Positions 24,502 through 36,432 of a DNA stretch of 64,000 nucleotides are shown here, one piece after another. The translations under genes and the position numbers were made by a program. The notes below the pieces were generated by a model. The model ran no database searches and was not told where the DNA came from. It worked only from the letters and a program-made list of their open reading frames with translations. Numbering within the stretch: the stretch's first letter is position 1; each line of letters opens with the position of its first letter. Where the stretch lies: the NCBI GenBank assembly GCA_021613535.1, contig CP075492.1:62001-126000 (forward strand). Reading direction: 5' to 3'. Origin of the DNA: Adineta vaga (taxonomy: Eukaryota; Animalia; Rotifera).

Positions 24502-25237
24502 CAGTGGCGCAACCAGGATTTTTAGACCAATAGGCAAAATTCCCACATTTCGAAAAAAACACTGGGCAGTCATGGGCAAGCTTTTATCCATGGGGCAAAA
24601 TTTTTTAATTTGATAAATATTTAAAACATACCAAAAGTACAACAATAGAAAGTGAAGTTCTTTCATTTTATTAATATAAAAAAAACGTAAGAAAGTCCAA
24701 TATGTAGTATTGGTTTTTTTTTTGGTAGTGTGCTATAAGGAAATACTAAAGGATACAGAAAAGAAAAAGTTGAAAATAATTGCATCTATAATTCACCTGG
24801 AAGGAAAAGCAACTTACCTTCCTCCTCCGCTACTATGAGAAGTCTCTGAGTATTTCTAATATGTTCATTTAAAAATTCTTGAGGGAACTTCTGTTAATCA
24901 TTAGTCCTTTTTAGAGGGTTGAAGTTTTTAAAATTTTGTTAAGGAATTTTGCGATTTTTCGACGACTTTTCATACGGTTTTGTGTTTTTTTCACACCAAA
25001 TAGTGTGAAAATAAATCAATTTTCTATAAAAAACCTTGGCTTTCGACGATTTTTCGATAAAAAAACTGCTGAAATTTCTGAAAACCTTTTCGAAAAAAGA
25101 GGGACTTCTAATAGGGAGAAGGTTTACTAGAAAACCCAAAAGCACATACAAAAATCCTGACAGAGCAAAAGTTCAATGGGCAAAGCTTAAATTGAAATGG
25201 GCAATTGCCCATTTGCCCCCTCCTGGTTGCGCCACTG
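24502..25237. mobile_element. hAT-type MITE
   Basis: Perfect 17-bp TIR CAGTGGCGCAACCAGGA and 8-bp TSD ATTGATAA (24494-24501, 25238-25245). Confidence 0.92.
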
Positions 25238-25273
25238 ATTGATAAGGTTAGTTGTGAAATTGCGCCCTGAAAG

Positions 25274-26219
25274 ATGTCAGAAGAAATTGCTTCAGTGAAT
25301 GTGGACAATCGAGATTTTTTACTATTGCCATCTTGTGTGGCGATTCACAGTCAACTTCGGCCGATACTAAGTGCTTTCACAAAGTCTCCACATGAGTATG
25401 CTGCTTATATCGAACAACTATGTCAATCAAGTGGCTCACATGTGTGCTTGATTCTTCGGCGTGAAATGTCCGACACTTTCGTCGTAGCATTAGCGTTCTA
25501 TGGACATCATTTAAATACGGCCAATGAGAATACATTCGATCTCTTTGATTTGATTGTCGATGAGAAAGAACGAAATCGAGGTTTCGGTACTCGACTCTTT
25601 CAATATTTGATCAATGAAGCAAAACGACATGGTGCCTTATCGATTGTAGCTCGATGTGATCTAACAAATACAACGGTACAGCGATTCTTCTTTCGACAAA
25701 TATGATTATTTCATCGGTGGGATTCAGTGTCAATCATCTAGAACCGCTGTCGAGCTCGTCTGAAGTTCACGTTATAGATATTACAGACATGTCCGACGAA
25801 GAGAATGAATATTAGTTGAGACAAGCTCAAGCTGTTCATTGACAATTTGAACCTCATCTTCCGACTGATCGATCAAAGTACATTGATCAGATACGTAGTA
25901 TTTGTCGAACCAATCCGACTCGGATATTGCTAGCAATCAGTAAGGATAATCAAGCGAATGTGCTTGGTGTGGCGGCCTACCGTGTTTTCGATGATATTCA
26001 ATACACTAAACATTTCTATTGCGATGATTTGGTGACGGAGGAGACCAAATGAAGTTTAGGCGTCGGTTGATGTTTAATAAATGCAGTGAAAGATGCAGCT
26101 CGTGTCTCTGGTGCTGATCGTGTAACCCTCGACAGTGGATATGAACGATCATGAGCTCATAAATTTTATTGTCGCGAAGGATTTATTATCGACAATTCGA
26201 ATTTACACTGCTATTTTAA
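25274..26219 (+). pseudogene. Tandem two-domain GNAT acetyltransferase, bacterial-like, intronless
   Basis: Domain 1 has DLIVDEKERNRGFGTRLF. Domain 2 has YCDDLVTEETK*SLGVG*CL, LDSG and AHKFY. Frameshift near 25700 and multiple stops. Confidence 0.8.
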
Positions 26220-26911
26220 ATATCTAATCAAATTAAACTAATATAACCGATTTGATTGATTTGCTCGTAGATAAAAAAAATGCCACATACTCTCACCCTC
26301 TTTCAAAAATATCAAGAAAAGCTTGCAAATATTGGGGCTTTGCATACAAATACTGTTATCGATGAGTAAATTTAAACTGTAATTCAAATATAGGTCGAGA
26401 TATCATGAATTAATCTTATAAGAGAATTACAGATAGAATGAGTGTGGGTATGGATGTAGATTAAATACAACATTCATATATACACACACATACTCTCGAA
26501 ATTTTACCTGATCTTATTCAAAAGTATTGTCCATATAATGCGGTTTTGACTTCGTCATGTATCTGCTTCACATTGTTAAGCGAAGTAATATTACCTTTAA
26601 TACTCTCCTGTTGTTTAGAGAGCCGACCTTTTTGTATTTCATCTTATATGTGAGATTCTATTTTATTCATTTGCTTAGGCAAATATCACAATTGATATAA
26701 CCAATTGAATGAATTGTATGTCATAGATTGATTCATATCTCAAGATAAATATCAATATAGTTACGATTACTAATACAAAATAAATGTATGTTGTGATAAT
26801 AATGGCGTATTTGACATACGTATTAGAGACGACGTCACCGATGAGTATTCGTATATATAGCATTATATTATATCTGTCGAATATACTAGAGATTCTATTT
26901 TCTAAATACAA

Positions 26912-29292
26912 ATGACGAGATTATACGTTATCATACAATTAATCATATCATTGGTGGTGCTCAAGAACTGTGATAGTATTTCGAGTCCTCTGCTGCCCTT
27001 CACCACATACAAGCATATGACTGAACTTCAGACAAATACAGCCGATCTATGGTGGACAGTCGATGACAATGATCGAGAGATCACATTCGAGCTTCACATT
27101 AAGACAACAGGCTGGATTGCACTAGGCGTCAGTCCAGCGGGTGGTATGAAAGGCGCCGATATTGGCCTCGGATGGATCGATCAGACTGGTCGTGTGCACT
27201 TTCAAGTAACAAAAATTCATCTATCTCACACTGTATGATTTACCTCTTTATTTTTAGGATCGTTATTCTTACGATACTTCTCGACCTGTGATCGATAATA
27301 CAACGACTGATTGGTATGCTCTTCGAGGTCGTGAAGAGAGCGGCTGGACAGCCATTCAATTCAAACGTTTACTGGATACTTGTGACATCATGGATGTTGC
27401 AATCAAAGTAATTAATTCATTATCTACACATATTCAAAGGACTGTCCATATTTAGTCTGGAACTAACATTCTGATCTTTGCTTATGGTCTCGTCGATCCC
27501 GACGATGATATCACCTATCATCAGAATCGACGTGGCTCACGGATAATTCCACTTCGATCCTATGCCAATCCACCACCAGAAGACAAGTTTACTGGACTTG
27601 ACTATTTCGAATTTCGTTCGAACAATGTAAGCCCTTTCAATCAGCTTTTGAACGCAGTATGCGTTTGTCAATCCTGTTTTAGTATGTCGTTCCATCTACC
27701 GACACTACCTATCACTGCAAAGTATACAAAGCTCCTAGCGGTTTTCCGAAGAAACGACATGCAATCGCGGTATATTATCATTTCTCTACCACTTTTTTTA
27801 ATCTTTGTTTTATTTAAATAGCACAAAACACTGATCGATTCGGCTAATCAAGATCTTATCCATCATCTAGTTTTGTACGAATGTGATCCTTCAGTTAAAT
27901 TTGATGATGACAAGTTGCCCGAGGGTGTGTGTGATGAATTTTATGGTCAAGTGCCAATGTGCTCGTCTAATATTGCTACTGCATGGGCTATCGGTGGCGA
28001 TGACGTAAGACTTAGAACAGAACTGAAAACTACTAGTAAGAGAATTTTTTTAAATAGATAGTCGAATTTCCTCGAGAAGCCGGATATCCAGTTGGAGATG
28101 ATTTTCCCATTCAATACTATATGCTTCAAATGCATTATGACAACTCAAGACAAACTGCAAGTAGGAGATAATATCTGTTTCGAATTGATATAGATTTATT
28201 TTCAACTCTTCATTAAGATCGTACTGACAGTTCAGGTATTCGCTTTTATATCGGCAAGGAACTTCGTCAATATGATCTTGGCTATTTGACTTTCGGTACC
28301 GAGCCAGATTTGTTAGCTCTTGCCATTCCTCCTAAAGTTGATCGCTTTGTCGTTGATGCGTACTGTCCAGCCGAAGCAACACGGGTGAGAATGTGCGTTT
28401 CTTTTATGCATGTTTTATTATTGTAATCATTTTTAGAATTTTCCCGAATCAGGCATTACGGTTGTATCTGCCTTTCCACACACACATTTGCAAGGTAGAT
28501 GAATAACCGATTGATCGAAGACTACAATTATTTTTATAGGTCTAAGCATAAGGACAAAGTTGATTCGAAATAAAACAGTTGTACAAGATTTGTTCAATGC
28601 TGAATCGTATGATTTCAATTATCAGTTTGTGAATCGATTACCAAAACCAGTCAAATTGTATCGAGTAAGATCTAAAAGTCATTATTGTTCTTTTTTTATC
28701 AGGATAACTGTTTGTCGTAGGGTGACGAATTTGCTACTCGATGTGTATACAATACAATGAACAAGAATGAGATTACTTTGGTAAAGAAAATGACTGAAAA
28801 GTATTTGTTCTCTTGAAAAATGTTGCTTTCTTTAGGGTGGTGAACGAACAAAGGACGAAATGTGTTCTCATATGTTTGCCTATTATCCTCGAATGAACAA
28901 TTTCTATGGTTGCTATATGTCGAATTCTGCTGAAGCATGGCAAACAATGATGAATAGTTCCTCGTAAGTTTGTTCAGATGTTTCACAGACATTCTTCCGT
29001 TTCCTTATGTTTATTTAGAACAAATTTCGATGAAGACAAATTCAAAGACTGGCTTCTCGAACAGAAATGGACACCGGAAAGAGTCATTCAGTGGCAAAAC
29101 TTCTACAACAACGCGTCTCGTAGACTTATGTATGGTGAAGCAGCGAATTTACAGTTTGAGAGTTTTGCCAGCTTACCCAAATATAAAGATTTGGCACCAG
29201 AAACATGTATGAAGAATTCAGCTATTCGAGAACACACATTCATTCTTGTCATTTTGATGTTGATTGTAATGAAAGCAATGATTGCTAAATAA
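26912..29292 (+). CDS. MOXD1: DBH-like copper monooxygenase (DOMON plus Cu type II domains), multi-intron
   Basis: Signal peptide, GWIALGVSPAGGMKGADI, TTYHC, IHHLVLYEC, QMHYDN, DSSG, PHTHLQG, YDFNYQ, DEMC and YYPR motifs, about 12 short introns and a hydrophobic C-terminal tail. Confidence 0.88.
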
Positions 29293-29801
29293 ATAAAATC
29301 TATTGCAAATTATAATATACACGTTTTTATACATAGACTATATGAGAGAGAAGATCCAAGATTGTGTTCAAAAAATGAATGGTCTCTCATGACCTTATCT
29401 CTACTTGTTTCATGTTTGTTGTTGTTGTTAGCACCAACGCCGCCATTCAATCTCCAATTGTTTCTCACTAGCATCATACAAATCTAAAGTTGTATAGGAC
29501 GAGTACCCTAATCAAACATACTCTGTTGTTAACGACCGTATACGAAGGATTTGAATAGATGCATATTTTTTAGTATTAGCATTTTCACTATTATTATTCA
29601 ATATTATTATTTTATTTTATAAGAAGAGAGCCTCAAGATAGTAAGAAATAATGGCGTTAATTCATTGTTACATGCAGTTTCACCAGAATCTGAAATCTTC
29701 GTTACATTGCATTGTATATGATTAAATTCCTGTTTTTCTTTGTCAATATGTAGTAGTAGAGTAGGGGTGTGGGTGTGGGTGTGGGTGTGGGTGGATATTA
29801 A

Positions 29802-30035
29802 CCCTTTACCCCCCGGTGGATCATTTATGACCCATTCAGTTATCCTGTATTCAGAGGTAAATATCTCTGTCGAAAATAGAAAACAGAAAGATATTTTTTT
29901 ACAAACTTATCCATTAGACAATCCTCTACAAATCAGCCAATTCTTTTCTGAAAGTTTTCGTACTGTAATACATCATTATTTCACGTTACAGTTTGGAAGA
30001 TAGTAAAAAAATTCATTCGCTTGGGGGGTAAAGGG
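29802..30035. mobile_element. piggyBac-type MITE inserted between opposed telomeric-like tracts
   Basis: TTAA TSD on both sides and TIR CCCTTTACCCCCC / GGGGGGTAAAGGG. Confidence 0.88.
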
Positions 30036-30235
30036 TTAATAGCGGATTAGTTATTCATACCCATCCACACCCACACCCTTCAAGAAGAACAATACTATTC
30101 TATAGAGTTTTGTTCATAAAGATATTTTTTCAATATTTATTTAAATGCAAATCTTACGGATGAAAGTAATAAAATTTAAGTAAACGACGCATACCTCAAA
30201 GCTACAACACTTAAGTATAAAATACTTTACCATCT

Positions 30236-30271
30236 TGAGGGTGTGGGTATGGGTGTGAGGGTGAGGGTGAG
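30236..30271 (+). repeat. Mixed TGAGGG/TGTGGG telomeric repeat tract
   Basis: TGAGGGTGTGGGTATGGGTGTGAGGGTGAGGGTGAG adjoining the 3' end of a minus-strand Terminon. Confidence 0.85.
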
Positions 30272-30294
30272 TTTAAAGAGAAAAGATTCAAAGC

Positions 30295-30343
30295 ATATCA
30301 TACGACTAGTTTCGTCCTTGCTTAAGGGACTCATCAGGTATAT
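30295..30343 (-). ncRNA. Type I minimal hammerhead ribozyme
   Basis: Minus strand ATAC-CTGATGA-GTCCCT(TAAGC)AAGGAC-GAAAC-TA-GTC-GTAT, with canonical GUC cleavage triplet and palindromic ACTAGT stem III. Confidence 0.9.
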
Positions 30344-30469
30344 TTAGAATGAATGCCAAAGTATGTTATTTGAAGTTTCTTTTCAGTGGAAATCGGCTTA
30401 AAGAGAGATATTCAATATTTATTCGGTGTTATAGTAGTTATACGGGTTTATGGAACGAAAAACTAAATT

Positions 30470-31275
30470 TTAGGTTTGATATAGTTGTTGAATACTGAGG
30501 TGTGCGTTTTCCCATAGTTGAAATTGGATGATTTGTTCTTGATTGACTGCTTCGTTGTCTTCCTTGAGTATGGTGTTTGTTGTTTCAATGTTGACATCTT
30601 GTTCAGTTTGATCGTAGAAGAAAAGGTGCTGTTCGAAGTTGGAAAGAGCCTCAAGCTGATTGATTTGCTGCTGTTCCCAGCGTTGTTGCGGAGTCAGTTT
30701 CTCCCAGTCATATGCATTCATAGTGTCGTCAGAAAGCGAGTCGTCCATGTAATGTGAACAATCGTAGAACTCATCGTAGTCTTCAGATCGCGAGTTGTGG
30801 TAAAATGTTGTAGTTGGCTGGTATGTCCATTGTGAAGTCAATGTAACAGGTTGTTGTTGTCGTCGTCTTCGTGTTTGATGTCTTCTTTGGGGTGGGTGGA
30901 ACATGGCGTGTTTGGATCTGTTGTTGTTGAAGATGTTCGTTTAACAGGCGTAGTCGTCTTCTTTGTCTTTGTCTTTGACGCCTTCCCAGCCTTTGTGGTT
31001 GTGTAACGGATATTTGATTTCCTGGTTGACGGTTAGAAATTATAGGCCGTCGAGGCGGAATCATATTCGTCGTGTTAAACTGGATTGTTGATTTAGTTTC
31101 CGTTGTGATCGGTTGATCTGCCAGGATTTCGTGAATGCTAGCTCGATTTTTTTCGTCGTCGTCGTCGAGATTTTCTACTGTAACTGTGGCAATTTGAGTA
31201 CTGTTGTCTGTTTTGAAAGCATACTTACGTCGAATTATTGGACACACTACATGTATCAGAAAGGAATCACTGTAA
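30470..31275 (-). pseudogene. Terminon 3' cargo ORF, Arg/Gln-rich, frameshifted
   Basis: Overlapping ORFs 30783-31247 and 30470-30904 (RRQRQRQRRR, DAYDWEKLTPQQRWEQ-like), preceded on the minus strand by TCTAGAT at 31301-31307. Confidence 0.5.
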
Positions 31276-31481
31276 GATTAATTGGAATGAAATATGTAGT
31301 ATCTAGAACGATAAGGATATATATTGTTTATGGAAACCAAAAGATGGGAAAAGACATTCATTTTGTAATATTTATTGAGGAATATATATTCAAGAAAGAA
31401 ATAGTGAACATAAACGCGTATGAACTGATATATGTCTTTTGTTTTTCTTGTGTAAGTTTGAAGAGTTGTTGTTGATGATCA

Positions 31482-33590
31482 TCACTCCATTTTGGTTAAG
31501 ATTTCCCGATGAGGTTTCTTTTGAATGAAGAAACTTTCGAGCAGTGACTGGATACTAGGTACAGTACCTTGTACTTTTTGTACTTTTTACTCAAAACTTT
31601 TGTGTACTTAGTACATTTTTCTAGTATATGGACTTATAACAAGTATTTATACTTTGTACTAAATACTCATACTTAAGTACAATTACTTTAGTACAATGTA
31701 CTTTAGTACCTGTACTACAGTACATGTGTACTGAGTACGGTACTTAGTACTTCGTATAAGTACATTTCGTTAATCTTTTGATTTTTCATAATTTTTTAAA
31801 ATCTATTCATCCGATAGAATTGCAAAATCTTTTAGAGAATCATATAAGAAGGAAAAAAATATCAGAGAGAAGAACAAAATTTTTTATTAGTATGAGAAAT
31901 CAACAATCAACAAATATCCTCTTTATAAAACAAAAAATAACAACAGTTAACTAAAATAAAATATAAAAAAATACAAGAACAATTCATCAAAAGAACGAAC
32001 AAAGCATAATTGCTTTACAATAAAATCTTATTGACGCGTAAAAAAACAAGATCTCGAAAGCAAAAGAAAGGAATCTAGTTCGATCTGAGATAAAAAGAGA
32101 CTATTGTTAAAGTTCATGCGCATACATTGTTTTCTTAGTAAAGAGAATACACTGATACACAACTATGTCTGTTGATAATATAATTTTAAACAAACACGTT
32201 TTTATCCTGTATGTATTCTTCCATCCATATTTTAGTTAGGTATGTATATATTTATTTATTTCACTTATTTAATTATTATCACTTGAATTTAAATATCAAT
32301 ATTATTGCCCATAACAATTTATACAAATGATTATTAAATTTTTATCTTTAATTTGTATTCCTCCTATAGAAGTCGCTAAAGAATGCATACAGCAAATAGC
32401 TAGAAGTAATTATTGAAGCTAAGAATGATATGTAATATAAGTACATGTACTTAAATTGATACTAGTACAATATACTTTAGTACATGTACTAAAGTACAAT
32501 GTACTGTAGTACAGATACTAAAGTACAAGGGCTCTAGTACATCAGTATTCAGTACTGTACTACAGTATCTGTACTCATGTAAAATACTTGATATTCTAAG
32601 TACCGAGTATATTTGCGAAGTAAAAAGTAACTGTACTCTAGTACCTGTGCTTGTACTCGGCCGATCTCTGCTTTCGAGAGTACAATAAATTGTCGCAATC
32701 AGTCGCACTTTGACATCATAAACAGATGAACCAAGCAAAGCATAATAATCTTTCCACCAATGCATGAATTCATGTCGTAGATCTGCTGACAATCTGCTAT
32801 CGAACAAATATCGTGGATACATCACTTTACAATTCCATGTTTTTGGTTGTAATATAGTAGGCGCTTCTGTTGGATGTTCGAGCATTTGATTCAGTTGTTT
32901 TTCACGTCGTGTGGGTTGATGTAATAGTTTTTGATTTATACCTGCTGATGTTAACATAACATTCTTCGAATGAAGTAAACGGTGAAATTGTTTCGTGATA
33001 AAGTTCGGTGGATAACCATTGAGTAATAATGAGATATCGATACGGCAGAGTTCAGAATTGAAATCATGCATACTCGAACAAATACGAAAAGCATGCAATA
33101 GTGCACCATATGGTATATTTCGATGTATAAGGAAAAATATAAGGTTCAGCAGCTGGTTTATGATAAATAGCTGTTGTTAACTTTCCATGTTCATTCTTGA
33201 TAGTAACATCAAGAAAATTGACAGATGTATCAATATGATAATTGATTTTGATGTTCATATCTTTCTTTGTTGCATGTTCAAGTTCTTGTCGAATATCGTC
33301 GTGTGTTTGATTTGTAGTCATAAAAATATCATCGATATATCTGTTAGAAAAAAGAACGACAATTTTTTAAAAGATATTCATTTCGTTATTAAATTTATTT
33401 TATACCTGCCATAGATTTCATTACGTTCCGTTTGATATTGGATTAATTGTTGTTCCCATTCATACATATAAATATTGGCTAGGACTTGTGTAAATGCTGA
33501 ACCCATTGCACCACCACGAATTTGTCGATAATATTTATTATTGTAAACAAAAGTATTTGTATCCAGGATTAAACGAGCCATTTTCATAAT
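31482..33590 (-). pseudogene. Athena RT C-terminal half, interrupted by a hAT MITE
   Basis: GGAMGSAF, YGR|YIDD (intron 33341-33405, same position as in the RT at 20118), FLDV, YHKP and LLLNGYPP. Removing the MITE restores ...TLESFFIQKKPHREILTKME*. Confidence 0.88.
31542..32670. mobile_element. hAT-type MITE with GTAC-rich subterminal repeats
   Basis: 8-bp TSD CTTTCGAG (31534-31541, 32671-32678), imperfect TIR CAGTGACTGG / CAGAGATCGG, and the RT frame resumes across it. Confidence 0.88.
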
Positions 33591-33595
33591 ATGAT

Positions 33596-34366
33596 TGTGC
33601 CAACAGATTATATGTTAGGCATTCACAATATGACGTTTCTACTTATTAGGGAGATATGTTGGGCATTCACAATATAATGTGTCCATTGATCAAAGAAATG
33701 TGTTAATCATCGTTTCTTCTTCACACATCTATACGTCTCTATATATATTTTTTAACCTTGAGCTAGATCGAGACAAGTAAAGAGGAATTCATGCATAATT
33801 AATGTGGTCGGATGGGTTATGTATTATTACATAGAACGAGAGCATACGAGTGTCAGATGCTCATTTAATGATTAGAAATTGTTATTATAAGACAAATGAG
33901 TAGATCGATCCAAAGAATGTATTGAAATAGACAAGCATTATTTTATCCGAGATGTTCAATTTTGTTCAACCTTGAGCTCTCATCTTCGGGAAGCAAATGA
34001 ACGACAGATAGAGAGAGAAAGAGAGAGAGAGATAGAGCGAGTTTGATGAAGGACAGTGAATATAAGTTCAGTTGTTAAAGAGTAGACTTGTAGATCAGAC
34101 GTATTGAGATCTATCCCATAGAGTTTCATCGTGAAGAGAAACTAGAGGATCAAGTTATTTCTTTACAGCTCATTATCATTATATTGATATTATTATATTA
34201 TTCATACGTGTATCTAATTATATTATTCGTTATATGTGTATTGTTCAATGATTTATCGTTTGTGTCTTTTACTTTGATTCAAATAAACTTCATTGAACTC
34301 GTAACGTCATATTTTATTTATCATCTTTACAAGAAAGTGATTTATTAAAGGAAATATTTCGTTACA
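33596..34366 (+). mobile_element. Possible LTR-like fragment
   Basis: Internal direct repeat ATATGTT(A/G)GGCATTCACAATAT, TATAAG...TCAGT at ~34061, AATAAA at ~34282 and ...CGTTACA end. No matching 5' TGTAAC or TSD found. Confidence 0.3.
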
Positions 34367-34430
34367 ATATATGAGCATCGAAAGGGACATCAGCGAAAGA
34401 GAACGAAAGAAAGAGAGAATGAAGGAAAAG

Positions 34431-34505
34431 TGATCTCCGTGGGAGTCGAATCCACATCTTCTGCTATCCGGGCAGATGTCCTAGACCAGTTAGACTAGAA
34501 GGACC
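34431..34505 (-). other. tRNA-like (pseudo-tRNA or SINE head) sequence
   Basis: Minus strand folds with D-arm TAGTCTAACTGGTCTAGGAC, stem TCTGC-CCGGATA-GCAGA and T-arm GTGGA-TTCGACT-CCCAC. The acceptor stem is imperfect and the loop lacks U33 and purine-37. Confidence 0.65.
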
Positions 34506-36045
34506 ATCTTAATCTCAAGCTTAGCATTGTGTGATTCACACAAACGCTAACAAGATTCTCGTAGAGAAAATGAAGGTTACTTAGATAAAATGTATTTTGG
34601 CGTAAAGTATTGTTTTAGTTATTGACTCGCTTTCAAATCTCGTTTTAGTATTCAATTGAAAAGCGACAGAGTTCGATTCCTTATTTTATACCGAAGAAAA
34701 TATGTGCAAAATTTTAATAATGAACATCAACAAACTGATTTAACCTAGAAGGAAAACATATGGTTGAGTAGAATCCATAGATCCTCGCGCAATTATTTTT
34801 TTACCTTAGGTTAATACACAATTATAATAGGTGTCTACAAGCAACTCGTCATAAGATATCACAGTATTATCAAATCTTTAAATAATAACTCATTAGAAAT
34901 TTGTTCCAAAATGATCGAAAAAGGAATAGTTTCTTCTCTGATTTAAAATATGATTGTTTAAAATTAACGATGAATGTCGTCTTTGTTTTTATGAGCGTTT
35001 AATAAGTTTTAATGCATTATTAAGACTAGTCAACCGCCATCAATTCCTAGCAAGCAACAAGAAAATCCATTATTTATAGTTATTAATTTGTTATTGTGAT
35101 CATAGTTCAATCATCAAGAGAGTATAGAGTGATCTTTATCTACATAAAGCAACAGGAAGTTCATTTCAGTTATCAGAAATTTTGTAAGATTATCACAACA
35201 ACAAAACAATTTGCTTATTTTGTGAAACACGATCTGAAAGAGAGTGTTGAACTGTTTATAGGCAGAAATTTGGACACATCCCCCCCCCCCCCTTCCACGG
35301 ACCGTGACAGAAATAGGCTAAAAAGGGCATAACAGACTGTGATATACCCCGCAAAATATCATCACACTGTGACAAAGGGTTTTGGCAAAATCACAGACCG
35401 TGGCAGACAAAAACTAAAAAAACATCACAGACTGTGACAGATCCATCAAAATAAGGTCACAGGCCGTTACAGAGTCGCAAAAATAGCATCACAAACCGTG
35501 ACAGACAAAGACAATTTTGATGGAAACCTTCGTCCCATCCCCAATAGAGAATACTATAACTCACGCTTGTATTTCTCTCCTTGCCTCCTCTCCCCGCCAC
35601 AAAGCTCTGGTAATTAAAGCTATGTCTTCTAAGACTTCCTCCCTAACAATTTGTGACCGTCACACTAGCTCGTTACATAAAATTTTCCACTTCTCATAGG
35701 TCTTGACCGTTAGAATTCCCATTTCTGAACTCCTTCACCACAGATAATGGAAGATCAAAGAATTTAAAGACAACGAGAGAAAGAGAACTTAACAGACAAG
35801 AAGTGTTTAGCAATTAGTAATTGTAAAGTTGTTTATATCGCCGATACAAGTCGTTTAGTGTCATCGTGTTTCACATTTTTAATCCCGGTAGGGATTACGC
35901 TGAAAGCTTTTTTATCATGACTCAAAAGTCGAATATATTTTGAAAAGTTTTTATTGTATCAAAGTTGTTAAACCCATATTTATTTTGATAAGCAGCAACT
36001 ATTAGTGTACTTACTTCGATTTAGAAATTCTTGGCATACTTGATT

Positions 36046-36432
36046 CAGACTTGGAACCGGTCTGACTTTTTGGACCGGACCGAATCGACCGGTGTAAATT
36101 CTCATCAGACCGGCAAAATACCGGTGAAAACCGGCCGGTCAGAATTCATAACTTTACCGGCGTAGGACCGGCACACTTTTAGCTGACGAATTTTAAAGGT
36201 CTCATTTTTTTAACGAAAAAATATTGACGATGGAGGCCTCATATTTTAAAGAAAATCGAGAACTTACGAGTTGGAAACATAAAGACTAGTATTTTTCATA
36301 ATTAACATCATAAAAACGGTTAAAAATTAGAACAATAAGTCATTTTTAGCGATTTTAGCAGTTTTCCAGATGGAAAAAAGACCGGTAAAAAACCGGTGCA
36401 GACCGGCCCTGACCGGTCCGGTTCCAAGTCTG
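36046..36432. mobile_element. hAT-like MITE with ACCGG repeats, no TSD
   Basis: TIR CAGACTTGGAACCGG / CCGGTTCCAAGTCTG; the right end abuts C-rich telomeric repeats at 36433-36462. Confidence 0.75.

Larger units (their letters stand above)
30272..33590 (-). mobile_element. Second Terminon/Athena fragment (3' end, 5'-truncated)
   Basis: Minus-strand order: partial RT, R/Q-rich ORF, hammerhead, reverse telomeric repeats. Confidence 0.85.

Noticed and set aside
31506-31541. CCGATGAG-stem-GAAAC hammerhead-like string on the plus strand
   Set aside because: The core is wrong (CCGA, no GAAA after the stem, no stems I or III), and it is the antisense of the RT C-terminal coding sequence.
34431-34505. 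Functional tRNA-Ser(GGA) gene
   Set aside because: It lacks U33, purine-37 and the long variable arm, and the acceptor and T stems have mismatches; kept only as tRNA-like.
35240-35560. Possible MITE with CACAGACTGTGACAG repeats
   Set aside because: The repeats are visible but no TIR pair or TSD could be defined.
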